Source: an uncultured Bacteroidales bacterium
Lineage (GTDB): Bacteria > Bacteroidota > Bacteroidia > Bacteroidales > UBA10428
NCBI GenBank assembly: GCA_964456285.1
Contig: CAYWBC010000006.1
Span: forward strand, 4,035 to 68,034
Length of the DNA: 64,000 nucleotides
Reading direction: 5' to 3'
Shown here piece after piece: positions 39,012 through 48,336 of the stretch; the first letter of the stretch is position 1; every line of letters begins with the position of its first letter. The translations under genes were made by a program, and so were the position numbers. The notes beneath the pieces were generated by a model that did no database searches, was not told the origin of the DNA, and saw only the letters and a list, made by a program, of their open reading frames with translations.

Positions 39012-39344
39012 TTATTTAACCCAAATACGTTTGGTAGCATTAGTATTGTCAGAAAAGGATAATTTTACAAGATAGATACCTGCATTCAGATTGCCAATTT
39101 CCAGTCTCACGCTATTTAAGGACTCTGGTCTGTAAATAAGAATTCTTTGTCCGACAATATTCATTATTTCAATTTGCGTAATTTCTTTTTCAGTTTGAAT
39201 AGAAATAAATCCATCTGTTACAGGATTTGGGAACACCACTATCTTATTATCATCATCCGGATTATTCATTGACACATTCCCATACGCATCCATAATTCCA
39301 ATTCCGAAAAGAAACAACAGCAATATGGTTCTAAAGATTTTCAT
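39012..39344 (-). CDS. T9SS type A sorting-domain protein (signal peptide plus CTD only)
   Basis: Sec signal aa 1-22; VFPNPV, EIMNIVGQ, LNAGIYLVKL, terminal KRIWVK. Confidence 0.88.
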   Translation of the reverse strand: MKIFRTILLLFLFGIGIMDAYGNVSMNNPDDDNKIVVFPNPVTDGFISIQTEKEITQIEIMNIVGQRILIYRPESLNSVRLEIGNLNAGIYLVKLSFSDNTNATKRIWVK

Positions 39345-39546
39345 TTTGAAATAAGTTCAAAAAACATGCCATCAAGTAAGAAATCTTATTATTTTCTTAG
39401 TTGGTATAAATATTAATACGGGCTTGATCTAAATTTTGTTTTGAAATTGAATATGAATTTTCTTTATGAATATTCGGCATAGTTCTTTTTTAATAGAGAT
39501 TACTTTAATAAATTTAATAGAGTCTCAACAACTATAGCTTAATAAT

Positions 39547-40452
39547 ATGAAAACCAGGCAAACATTTTTAATGGCAATTTTTTTAATTATTGCTCAAACC
39601 AATTCTGCGCAAAATTATGCGAACATTGTAAACCCAAGGTATTATTACATACCTCAGACTTCTCTCACTGATACTAACCAGAGTGTCGACATCTATGAAA
39701 TTCGGATTCAAACCACTATCCCCATTGAATTGAAAAATGGGAATATAATTGGCATTAAACCCCAGTATAGTAGTACTTCACTTAAAACAGATAATCCTGA
39801 GCTTAAAAATTTACAATTGCATTCAATTAAAATCCCATTATTTATCTACTGGAAGTTAGGTGATTCTAAATGGTCTTCTTATGTTGATGTATCACCAAAA
39901 TTGAATTCAGATTTTAAAAATATAACAGGGCGCCATTTTCAAATAGGGGGCATGGTCATCATGTATTATGAAAAACGAAAAGATTTCGTTTGGCAGTTTG
40001 GGGTTTTTTATAATCAGGATACATATGGCCCTTTTGTAATGCCCCTTGTGGGATTGTACTTGGTCAAGGAAAAGAGTTATTTTGAAGCTCTTCTTCCCGC
40101 TTACATTTTGTATGAAAGAAAACTTAGTGAACGATTTTATGCAGGATTTGAATTGGAATTACGTGGTGAAACATTTCGATTAGGAGATTCTCAGTATGAA
40201 AACTCATTCATTAGCCAATTGGGAGAAAATAAACTTACATTTCTTACTGAGCCAAGATTATATGTAGATTTCTACTTAACAAAACATTTGGTACTCTATT
40301 TGAAGCCTGGAATTCGCCTTTTCAATAAGTTTGAACACTTTACGGAAGACGATAATATTATTGAAAATTCTGAGTATATACAAGGCACTTTAAAGAATAG
40401 CTTTTATACTGAAATTGGACTTGCTTTAAGGTTTAGGTATGATGAGGAATGA
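39547..40452 (+). CDS. Outer-membrane beta-barrel protein (DUF6268-like)
   Basis: Signal peptide, alternating aromatic/hydrophobic strands, 'FGVFYN..YGPFVMPLVG', C-terminal strand GLALRFRY. Confidence 0.6.
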   Translation: MKTRQTFLMAIFLIIAQTNSAQNYANIVNPRYYYIPQTSLTDTNQSVDIYEIRIQTTIPIELKNGNIIGIKPQYSSTSLKTDNPELKNLQLHSIKIPLFIYWKLGDSKWSSYVDVSPKLNSDFKNITGRHFQIGGMVIMYYEKRKDFVWQFGVFYNQDTYGPFVMPLVGLYLVKEKSYFEALLPAYILYERKLSERFYAGFELELRGETFRLGDSQYENSFISQLGENKLTFLTEPRLYVDFYLTKHLVLYLKPGIRLFNKFEHFTEDDNIIENSEYIQGTLKNSFYTEIGLALRFRYDEE

Positions 40453-40460
40453 TTAATTTA

Positions 40461-40593
40461 TGGTTGCTGGGTACTGGTTTCTAGTTGCTTCCGGTTTCCG
40501 GTTTCTGATTTACTGCCTAATACTTAATACTTATCACTTATGCCTTATCACTTATGCCTTATCACTTATACCTTATCACTTATACTTCACTTC
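40461..40593. repeat. Heptamer tandem-repeat array (19 units) between convergent genes
   Basis: TGGTTGC TGGGTAC TGGTTTC TAGTTGC TTCCGGT TTCCGGT TTCTGAT TTACTGC CTAATAC TTAATAC TTATCAC TTATGCC TTATCAC TTATGCC TTATCAC TTATACC TTATCAC TTATACT TCACTTC. Confidence 0.85.
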
Positions 40594-40596
40594 TTC

Positions 40597-40929
40597 CTAC
40601 AACATTCCAAGTTCAAGCAATGCTTCTTCAGACATCATAGTCTGATCCCAGGGAGGATCAAACACCAGGTTTACATTACATTCTTTTACTTCATCAAAAA
40701 ATTCAATTTGGTTTTTCACCTCCAAAAGAATATGATCTGCAACAGGACAGTTTGGGGCAGTAAGAGTCATAACGATTTCCACATTACCTTCTGCATCAAT
40801 ATTGATATCATATATCAGTCCGAGATCATAAATGTTTACAGGAATTTCGGGATCATATATAGATTTAAGAGTCTTTACTATTTCTGTTTCCAACTTGAGT
40901 GAAGTATTGTTATTCTTTTTTTCTTCCAT
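40597..40929 (-). CDS. SUF-associated DUF59 (SufT/PaaD-like) Fe-S assembly protein
   Basis: DPEIPVNIYDLGLIY, TLTAPNCP, FDPPW; last gene of the suf operon. Confidence 0.9.
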   Translation of the reverse strand: MEEKKNNNTSLKLETEIVKTLKSIYDPEIPVNIYDLGLIYDINIDAEGNVEIVMTLTAPNCPVADHILLEVKNQIEFFDEVKECNVNLVFDPPWDQTMMSEEALLELGML

Positions 40930-40940
40930 CTCTCAATTAT

Positions 40941-41369
40941 TTATTTTTTATCCCTGGCATCGTAGGCAATAGCATAAAGCTTCATCTGTTTAATCATTGA
41001 TAATAATCCATTTGCACGAGTGGGTGAAAGATTCTGTTTCAGTCCTATTTTATCAATAAATTCCAGATCAGTATCTATTATTTCTTCAGGAGTACGATTA
41101 GAGAGTACCCTGATCAGCAAAGCAATGATCCCTTTTGTAATAATGGCATCGCTATCAGCCGTAAATATTATTTTTCCTTCAGAATACTCTGCATTCAGCC
41201 ATACTTTCGATTGACATCCTCTAATCAGATAATCATTATTCTTTAATTTCTCATCAATTACAGGCAGTTCATCCGATATTTCGATCAAATAATTATACTT
41301 ATCCATCCAATCGTCGAAAACATTAAATTCATCGACTATTCCGTTTTGTACTTCTTTTATTGATGTCAC
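40941..41369 (-). CDS. sufE: Sulfur acceptor protein SufE
   Basis: GTG start; DWMDKYNYLI, IRGCQSKVW, DSDAIITKG, LSPTRANG. Confidence 0.94.
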   Translation of the reverse strand: MTSIKEVQNGIVDEFNVFDDWMDKYNYLIEISDELPVIDEKLKNNDYLIRGCQSKVWLNAEYSEGKIIFTADSDAIITKGIIALLIRVLSNRTPEEIIDTDLEFIDKIGLKQNLSPTRANGLLSMIKQMKLYAIAYDARDKK

Positions 41370-41411
41370 AATTACAACTTTAACAATAAAACTCCAGGTT
41401 ATGTTCGCAGA

Positions 41412-42635
41412 TCAGGTAAACATTGTTTTTACCTGCTCAATTGCTTTGCAAAGGTAGTCAATCTCTTCTTTTGTATTGTATAGTGAGAAGGAGGCGCGAA
41501 GTGTACCATCTATATTGAAATGTTGCATTACCGGCTGGGCACAGTGGCTTCCTATTCTGACAGCGACTCCCATTTTATCAAATATCATTCCTGTGTCGAG
41601 CATATGAACTCCATCGATCAGGAATGAAAGAATGGAAGCTTTTTTTGGAGAGTGCCCGTAAATTGTTAATCCTCCAGTATTATTTATTTTATTAGTAGCA
41701 TATTCAAGGAGTTCTGATTCATAAGCAGCAATTTTATCCAATCCTATTCCAGAAATGTAATCCAGTGCAGTGGCCATGCCAATTGCTCCTATATAATTGG
41801 TTGTTCCTGCTTCAAATTTAAATGGCAAAACATTGTAAGTGGTTTTTTCGAATGTAACAACATCTACCATATCACCGCCTCCCTGATAAGGAGGGAGCAA
41901 ATCAAGCCATTTTTCTTTCCCATAAAATATTCCTATACCCGTAGGCCCATAAATCTTATGTCCGGAAAATACAAGAAAATCACAATCCAGTTTTTGAACA
42001 TCTATTTCAGTATGTTGAATGGATTGGGCAGCATCAATCATAACTGGAACATTGGCCTCATGTGCAATCCGGATCATTTCTTTGATCGGGTTTACACTTC
42101 CAAGAGTATTCGAAATATGAATTATAGAAACAATTTTGGTTTTCTCAGTAAACAAGTTTTTGTATTGCTCAATATCCAGTATACCATTATCATCAAATGG
42201 GATTACATTTAATTTGGCTTTTTTTCTTTCGCAAAGCATTTGCCATGGAACTATATTGGCGTGATGTTCCATCTCAGTAATGATAATTTCATCCTCTTCT
42301 CCAATAAATTGCTCGCCAAAAGAAAAGGCTAAAAGATTGATAGAATGTGTAGTGCCACTGGTGAATATGATTTCTTCTTTCTTTTCTGCATGAATGAAAT
42401 TTTGAACTGTTTCACGTGCTTTCTCGTAAGCATTTGTTACCTGGTCGCTTAAAAAATGCACACCACGATGTATGCTGCTGTTTAATTCAGAGTGATAACG
42501 GTTAACTACTTCTATTACTTGCACAGGCTTTTGAGTAGTAGCTCCATTATCAAAATAAATAAGAGGCTTATTGTATACTTTTTGTTCTAATACAGGAAAA
42601 TCTGCCCTGATTTTTTTAATATCATAACCATTCAT
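41412..42635 (-). CDS. sufS: Cysteine desulfurase SufS
   Basis: YFDNGATTQKP, EHHANIVPW, FSGHKIYGPTG, FEAGT, GSHCAQP; start moved to 42635. Confidence 0.96.
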   Translation of the reverse strand: MNGYDIKKIRADFPVLEQKVYNKPLIYFDNGATTQKPVQVIEVVNRYHSELNSSIHRGVHFLSDQVTNAYEKARETVQNFIHAEKKEEIIFTSGTTHSINLLAFSFGEQFIGEEDEIIITEMEHHANIVPWQMLCERKKAKLNVIPFDDNGILDIEQYKNLFTEKTKIVSIIHISNTLGSVNPIKEMIRIAHEANVPVMIDAAQSIQHTEIDVQKLDCDFLVFSGHKIYGPTGIGIFYGKEKWLDLLPPYQGGGDMVDVVTFEKTTYNVLPFKFEAGTTNYIGAIGMATALDYISGIGLDKIAAYESELLEYATNKINNTGGLTIYGHSPKKASILSFLIDGVHMLDTGMIFDKMGVAVRIGSHCAQPVMQHFNIDGTLRASFSLYNTKEEIDYLCKAIEQVKTMFT

Positions 42636-42745
42636 AGAATTCAAATTTAAAGCCACTAAATTAATCTTGATGGTTAAAGAATAAAATGATATTTGTAGTA
42701 TTTAGCATTTTTCAGCTTGAAGGAAGATTCCAGAGAGAAAGGCAA

Positions 42746-44098
42746 TTAATTGTAATGCATATTGCAATTCTCACATTGAGCGAGTTCTCCATTCAGTCTT
42801 TTTTCAACCATATCATTCATACGTTCTCTTACTGGATCAAGGCTGATTTTATCAATTACCTCATTTGCAAAAGCGTACATTAAAAGATGCCTTGCCTTTT
42901 CATACCCTATGCCTCTTGAGCGAAGGTAGAAAAGAGCATTTTCGTCTATTTGTCCAACGGTTGCTCCATGGCTGCATTTCACATCATCATTATAAATTTC
43001 AAGCTGAGGTTTGGTATTCATTCTGGCCTTTTTTGATAAGAGGATGTTATTGTTGCGTTGATAAGCCAAAGTTTTCACGGCATATTTATCTACGAGTATT
43101 TTCCCGTTAAATGCACCTGTAGCCTCTCCATCAAGAATGCCTTTAAACAATTGATCGCTGTAGCAATGTGGCTTTGCATGATGAACATGCGTATAATTTG
43201 CTACATGTTGATTGTCTTCGCAGAAAAATATTCCATAATTGTAGTTCTCTGCACCCTCTCCGTTAAGCTTTGCAAAGACATTATTACGAATCAGTCCGCC
43301 ATGCAGGGATAGTGTGTTAGATGAGAACCTACTGTTTGCTTCTTGCTGTATGAATGTATTTGATATTTGAGATGATTTGTTGTTCTCATTTTGCATCCTT
43401 ACATAATCAATTTTCGAATTTTGTCCGGCATAAATTTCAGTCAGTGAATTTGTAATGAAGCTGGATTTGCAAAGAGTGTGATCACAGACCAACAAAGATG
43501 CAGATGAATTTTCTTCAGCAACAATCAGGTTTCTTCTGGTAATTCTTAAATTTTTAAGTGAGAAACCTACATTAATGATTTGGATAGGTTTATCTATATG
43601 AGTATTCTTAGGGACATATATAAAGATGCCATCTTGAGCAAATAAGGTGTTTAGCGCGGCCAGGCTATCCAGCTTAGTATCAGCATATTGGGCATAGTGT
43701 TTGTTTACAATTTCAGGGTATTTTAAAGAGGCCTCAGCCAGGCTGCTTATTATTACTCCTTCCGGAAGTTTTTCAGGTGAATTATTTCTATAGTAGAATC
43801 CATTTAAGACAAGTACAATGTGAGTATCTAATTCGGGAATATCACAACGGAATAATTCTTCCAGATCAACAGAAAAATTTGCCGGAGCTATTTCATAAGA
43901 ATAATCACCTTTCAGATAGGACATTAAATCTGTATAGCGATAATCTTCATTTTTTTTGGTGGGGATACCTAATTTCTGAAAATCACTAAAAGCCTGTTCT
44001 CTGTATTTGTTGATCAGACTACTGGTGCCCTTTGCAATCTCACCTGCATTTTTTGTATATATCTCAGTTAATTCTTCCTGTAATTGCATTGTTGTCAT
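42746..44098 (-). CDS. sufD: Fe-S cluster assembly protein SufD
   Basis: PTKKNEDYRYT, FNGKI, PQLEIYNDDVKCSHGAT, FYLRSRGI. Confidence 0.95.
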   Translation of the reverse strand: MTTMQLQEELTEIYTKNAGEIAKGTSSLINKYREQAFSDFQKLGIPTKKNEDYRYTDLMSYLKGDYSYEIAPANFSVDLEELFRCDIPELDTHIVLVLNGFYYRNNSPEKLPEGVIISSLAEASLKYPEIVNKHYAQYADTKLDSLAALNTLFAQDGIFIYVPKNTHIDKPIQIINVGFSLKNLRITRRNLIVAEENSSASLLVCDHTLCKSSFITNSLTEIYAGQNSKIDYVRMQNENNKSSQISNTFIQQEANSRFSSNTLSLHGGLIRNNVFAKLNGEGAENYNYGIFFCEDNQHVANYTHVHHAKPHCYSDQLFKGILDGEATGAFNGKILVDKYAVKTLAYQRNNNILLSKKARMNTKPQLEIYNDDVKCSHGATVGQIDENALFYLRSRGIGYEKARHLLMYAFANEVIDKISLDPVRERMNDMVEKRLNGELAQCENCNMHYN

Positions 44099-44109
44099 AC
44101 GATAATAAA

Positions 44110-44850
44110 TTATTCTTTAAGCCATTCGTATCCTTTATCTTCAAGTTCCAAAGCAAGCTCTTTGCCACCTGATTTCACAATATCTCCTTTGTAGAGTACA
44201 TGTACAAAATCCGGAACAATATAATCCAATAATCGCTGGTAATGAGTGATGATGATGGTGGCATTATCCTTGTTTTTCAATTTATTAACTCCGTTTGCCA
44301 CAATACGCAATGCATCTATGTCAAGACCGGAATCAGTCTCATCAAGAATTGCCAGTTTCGGTTCCAGCATTGCCATTTGAAATATTTCATTTTTTTTCTT
44401 TTCTCCACCTGAAAAGCCTTCGTTAACAGAGCGATTAGTTAAAGCAGATGTTAGTTCAACGGTCTCTTTTTTCTCCCTCATTAATTTTAAAAAGTCTGAT
44501 GCGGAAATGGGATCCTGGTTCTGAAATTTTCGCTTTGCATTAATGGCTGATTTCATGAAGTTTACCATTGACACGCCTGGAATTTCTACAGGATATTGAA
44601 ATCCTAAGAAAATTCCCTGTCTTGCCCTGATTTCAGGTGAGAGATCAAGAAGATCTTCTCCCAGGTATTTGACACTGCCTTTTGTAACCTCAAAAGTATC
44701 TCTTCCTGCAAGCACAGATGCCAGTGTGCTTTTTCCTGATCCGTTTGGTCCCATAATGGCATGTACCTCACCAGCATTAACTGTTAAATTAATCCCTTTT
44801 ATTATTTCCTTTCCTTCAATTGCAACATGCAAATTCTTTATCTCTAACAT
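44110..44850 (-). CDS. sufC: Fe-S cluster assembly ATPase SufC
   Basis: GPNGSGKST, FQYPVEIPGV, NEGFSGGEKK, LDETDSGLDID, ITHYQRLL. Confidence 0.98.
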   Translation of the reverse strand: MLEIKNLHVAIEGKEIIKGINLTVNAGEVHAIMGPNGSGKSTLASVLAGRDTFEVTKGSVKYLGEDLLDLSPEIRARQGIFLGFQYPVEIPGVSMVNFMKSAINAKRKFQNQDPISASDFLKLMREKKETVELTSALTNRSVNEGFSGGEKKKNEIFQMAMLEPKLAILDETDSGLDIDALRIVANGVNKLKNKDNATIIITHYQRLLDYIVPDFVHVLYKGDIVKSGGKELALELEDKGYEWLKE

Positions 44851-44874
44851 TTTCTTTTGCTTAATAATTAATGA

Positions 44875-46323
44875 TTATCCAACACTTCCTTCCAGACTAA
44901 TTTCTAAAAGTTTTTGTGCTTCAACCGCAAATTCCATTGGCAATTTATTCAATACTTCCTTGGCATATCCATTGATGATTAATCCTATTGCAGTTTCAGT
45001 ATCTATGCCTCTCTGGTTGCAGTAAAAGATCTGATCTTCTCCAATCTTGGAGGTAGTAGCTTCGTGCTCAATTATGGCAGATTCACTATCAATCTCAAGA
45101 TATGGAAAGGTATGAGCACCGCATTGATCGCCAAGAAGCAGAGAATCACACTGAGTAAAATTTCTTGCGTTATCTGCATTTTTCAGAACTTTTACCAATC
45201 CTCGGTAGCTGTTCTGGCTTTTTCCAGCCGATATGCCCTTGGAAATTATGGTGCTATGTGAATTTTTTCCAATATGCATCATTTTAGAGCCAGTGTCGGC
45301 CTGTTGGTAATTGTTGGTAACTGCAACTGAGAAAAATTCTCCGATAGTGTTATCGCCCTTTAAAATGCAACTAGGGTATTTCCAGGTAATTGCAGAACCT
45401 GTTTCTACTTGTGTCCACGAAATTTTTGAGTTATTGCCTTTGCAAATTCCGCGTTTTGTAACAAAATTGAAAATACCTCCTTTGCCATTTTTGTCACCTG
45501 GATACCAATTTTGTACTGTGCTGTACTTTACTTCGGCATTCTCATGTGCAATGATCTCAACAATGGCTGCATGCAGCTGATTTTCATCTCGCTGAGGGGC
45601 AGTGCATCCTTCAAGATAACTTACATAACTATCATCATCAGCTACTAATAATGTTCTTTCAAATTGCCCTGTGTTGAAAGCATTGATGCGAAAATACGTT
45701 GATAGTTCCATAGGGCATCTTACCCCTTTGGGGATGTAACAAAAGGAGCCGTCACTAAAAACAGCTGAGTTTAATGCAGCAAAAAAGTTATCGGTATATG
45801 GAACTACTGAACCCATATATTTCTTTATAAGGTCCGGATGTTCTTGAACAGCCTCACTGAAAGAACAAAAAATAATTCCCATCTCAGCCAGTGTTTCACG
45901 GAAAGTGGTTTTTACTGAAACACTATCCATCACAGCATCAACAGCTACTCCTGCCAAATGTTTTTGTTCATCAAGAGGGATTCCAAGTTTTTTGAATGTC
46001 TCAAGTAATTCCGGATCTACTTCATCAAGACTTTCGTATTTGGTCATTTGCTTAGGAGCCGCATAATATATTATGTCCTGGTAATTAATTACCGGCAATT
46101 TCAAATGCGCCCATTTGGGCATTTTCATGGTTTTCCAATGTCTATAGGCCTTTAGGCGGTATTCAAGCATAAATTCAGGTTCATTCTTCTTCTCTGAGAT
46201 CATCCGAATGATCTCTTCATTCAATCCTTTTGGAAGGGCATCGACCTCAATATCAGTATAAAAGCCATACTTGTATTCATTAGATGTAACCTGATCTATT
46301 ATTTTATCCTGTTCTGCACTCAT
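44875..46323 (-). CDS. sufB: Fe-S cluster assembly protein SufB
   Basis: [44 protein letters not shown]. Confidence 0.98.
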   Translation of the reverse strand: MSAEQDKIIDQVTSNEYKYGFYTDIEVDALPKGLNEEIIRMISEKKNEPEFMLEYRLKAYRHWKTMKMPKWAHLKLPVINYQDIIYYAAPKQMTKYESLDEVDPELLETFKKLGIPLDEQKHLAGVAVDAVMDSVSVKTTFRETLAEMGIIFCSFSEAVQEHPDLIKKYMGSVVPYTDNFFAALNSAVFSDGSFCYIPKGVRCPMELSTYFRINAFNTGQFERTLLVADDDSYVSYLEGCTAPQRDENQLHAAIVEIIAHENAEVKYSTVQNWYPGDKNGKGGIFNFVTKRGICKGNNSKISWTQVETGSAITWKYPSCILKGDNTIGEFFSVAVTNNYQQADTGSKMMHIGKNSHSTIISKGISAGKSQNSYRGLVKVLKNADNARNFTQCDSLLLGDQCGAHTFPYLEIDSESAIIEHEATTSKIGEDQIFYCNQRGIDTETAIGLIINGYAKEVLNKLPMEFAVEAQKLLEISLEGSVG

Positions 46324-46355
46324 TGTCGCTACGATTCAATGTTCTGGAATAATAA

Positions 46356-46378
46356 TTATTTAGAAATAGTCTAAATAA
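46356..46378. promoter_or_regulatory. Fur-box-like palindrome at the suf operon transcription start
   Basis: TTATTTAGA-AATAG-TCTAAATAA perfect 9-bp inverted repeat; core ATTTAGAAATAGTCTAAAT (46358-46376) matches 17/19 of ATTTAGAATTATTCTAAAT. Confidence 0.7.
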
Positions 46379-46381
46379 GGC

Positions 46382-46416
46382 CAAAGATACAAAAAGTAAA
46401 CGAATTAATATATTTG
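46382..46416. promoter_or_regulatory. Divergent -7 elements for sufB (TATCTTTG, minus, 46382-46389) and thiL (TATATTTG, plus, 46409-46416)
   Basis: Two exact TAnnTTTG matches in the 126-nt divergent spacer. Confidence 0.55.
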
Positions 46417-46449
46417 CACTGGGTTTGAAAGAATTAAAAATTCATACAA

Positions 46450-47496
46450 ATGACAAAAAGCAAAAAAAGTACAGAACTGGAGGAAATTGGAGAATTTGGG
46501 CTGATTAGAATGCTAACAGAAAATATTAAATTGAAGCAGGAATCTTCTTTACTGGGGGTGGGAGATGATGCTGCAGTTCTGGATATGAAAGGCAATAAAA
46601 CTGTTTTAACAACAGATTTGCTTTCTGAAGGAATTCATTTTGACTTGATATATACTCCTCTTAAACACCTTGGCTATAAAGCTGTTGTTGTTAATCTTTC
46701 GGATATATATGCTATGAATGCAAGGCCTACTCAGATTTTAGTATCGGTATCCCTATCAACCAAGTTTACAACAGAAATGATGATGGAACTCTATGATGGA
46801 ATTCATCTTGCCTGCAAATATTATAACATTGATTTGATAGGAGGCGATACAAGTAGTTCAATGACTGGCCTAAATATAAGTATTACTGCAATTGGAGTAG
46901 TTCCAGGAGGAAAAATTGTATATCGCTCAGGGGCTAAATCGAATGAATTAATTTGTGTAACAGGTGATTTGGGTGGTGCATATATGGGATTACAGCTACT
47001 AGAGCGAGAAAAGAAAATTTACAGTAAAAACTCTAAATCACAACCCGATTTGACGGGTTATGATTATGTACTTGAAAGGCAGTTGAAGCCCGAAGCAAGG
47101 AAGGACATAATCGATAGCCTGGCAAAAAACAATATCAAGCCAACATCAATGATTGATATATCTGATGGATTATCATCTGATTTATTACATCTCTGTGATT
47201 CCTCTAATACAGGATGCAAAATTTTTGCAGACAAGATTCCAATACTTGAAGAAACTCGCAGAGCTGCTAAGGAAATGAATCTTGAGCCCGTAACTATATC
47301 AATTCATGGAGGCGAAGATTATGAATTACTATTTACTTCCCCAACTGCGAACTATGAAAAGCTTTTGGCAATGCCTGGTATATCAATCATTGGTCATATG
47401 ACAGCTAAAGATGAAGGGAAACATCTGGTATTATCGGATGGTAGTTTTACAGAAATTCAGGCGATGGGATGGAATAGCTTAAAGAAAAAAGAATAA
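46450..47496 (+). CDS. thiL: Thiamine-monophosphate kinase
   Basis: GEFGLI, GVGDDAAV, EGIHFD, NLSDIYAM, GGDT, MIDISDGL, GGEDYELLFT. Confidence 0.96.
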   Translation: MTKSKKSTELEEIGEFGLIRMLTENIKLKQESSLLGVGDDAAVLDMKGNKTVLTTDLLSEGIHFDLIYTPLKHLGYKAVVVNLSDIYAMNARPTQILVSVSLSTKFTTEMMMELYDGIHLACKYYNIDLIGGDTSSSMTGLNISITAIGVVPGGKIVYRSGAKSNELICVTGDLGGAYMGLQLLEREKKIYSKNSKSQPDLTGYDYVLERQLKPEARKDIIDSLAKNNIKPTSMIDISDGLSSDLLHLCDSSNTGCKIFADKIPILEETRRAAKEMNLEPVTISIHGGEDYELLFTSPTANYEKLLAMPGISIIGHMTAKDEGKHLVLSDGSFTEIQAMGWNSLKKKE

Positions 47497-47499
47497 TCG

Positions 47500-48288
47500 T
47501 TATCCCTCGTTATCAAAGTACCCTCGAATTATTCCGCGCTTAGAATTAGTAATGAAAAGAAGAATTTCATCACGTTCATCAGTTGCCGGAGAATTGGCTT
47601 CAATGTATCTAATGGCGTCAGAGATATTCATGCCTCTCTGATAAATTATTCTGTAAATTTCCTGTATTTCGTATATAGATTCTTTTTCGAAATTTTTTCT
47701 CCGCAGGCCAATTGAGTTTATTCCAGTATATGACAGGGGCTCTCTGCCGGCAATAATGTATGGAGGTACATCTTTACCTACTTTCCCGGCTGCCTGAACG
47801 AAAGAATGTTTGCCTATTCTTACAAATTGGTGAACTATAGAATATGGGCTGACAATCGCAAAATCGTCAACTTCCACTTCACCTGCCAATCCGGCATGAC
47901 TACCTAATATCATGTTGTTTCCAAGGGAGCAGTCATGTGCAATATGCGCATACGATTGGATAAGACAATTGCTTCCAACCTTTGTAAGACCTTGTGCTTT
48001 GGTTCCTCTGTTAAGTGTTACAAATTCTCTAATTGTAGTATTATCGCCAACTTCGGCTGTAGTTTTTTCACCGGCAAATTTAAGATCCTGTGGAACGCCG
48101 GAAAGTATTGCACCCGGGAATATCTGACAATTTTTACCTATGCGTGCACCATCCATTATTACTGCATTGGATCCAATCCAGGTTCCCTCTCCAATTTCTA
48201 CATCTTTTGAAATACTAGCAAAGGGATCAACAACAACATCTTTGCCAATTTTTGCTTTTGGATCAACATAAGCTAGAGAATGTACCAT
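47500..48288 (-). CDS. lpxA: Acyl-ACP--UDP-N-acetylglucosamine O-acyltransferase
   Basis: Hexapeptide repeats, PQDLKF, IREFVTLNRGT, HIAHDC, VHQF, GINSIGLRR. Confidence 0.96.
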   Translation of the reverse strand: MVHSLAYVDPKAKIGKDVVVDPFASISKDVEIGEGTWIGSNAVIMDGARIGKNCQIFPGAILSGVPQDLKFAGEKTTAEVGDNTTIREFVTLNRGTKAQGLTKVGSNCLIQSYAHIAHDCSLGNNMILGSHAGLAGEVEVDDFAIVSPYSIVHQFVRIGKHSFVQAAGKVGKDVPPYIIAGREPLSYTGINSIGLRRKNFEKESIYEIQEIYRIIYQRGMNISDAIRYIEANSPATDERDEILLFITNSKRGIIRGYFDNEG

Positions 48289-48336
48289 ATAATGTGTTTA
48301 ATTATTCAGACAATATTAGAAAATATTATTTGTCTA

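Noticed and set aside
40461-40593. CRISPR array, or a real small protein (track ORF 40460..40645)
   Set aside because: Period is 7 nt with no unique spacers and no cas genes. The ORF is the low-complexity translation of the repeat.
48289-48336. fabZ pseudogene remnant
   Set aside because: Only 48 AT-rich nt with no FabZ-like residues recognisable; a weak imperfect AT hairpin is the only structure.
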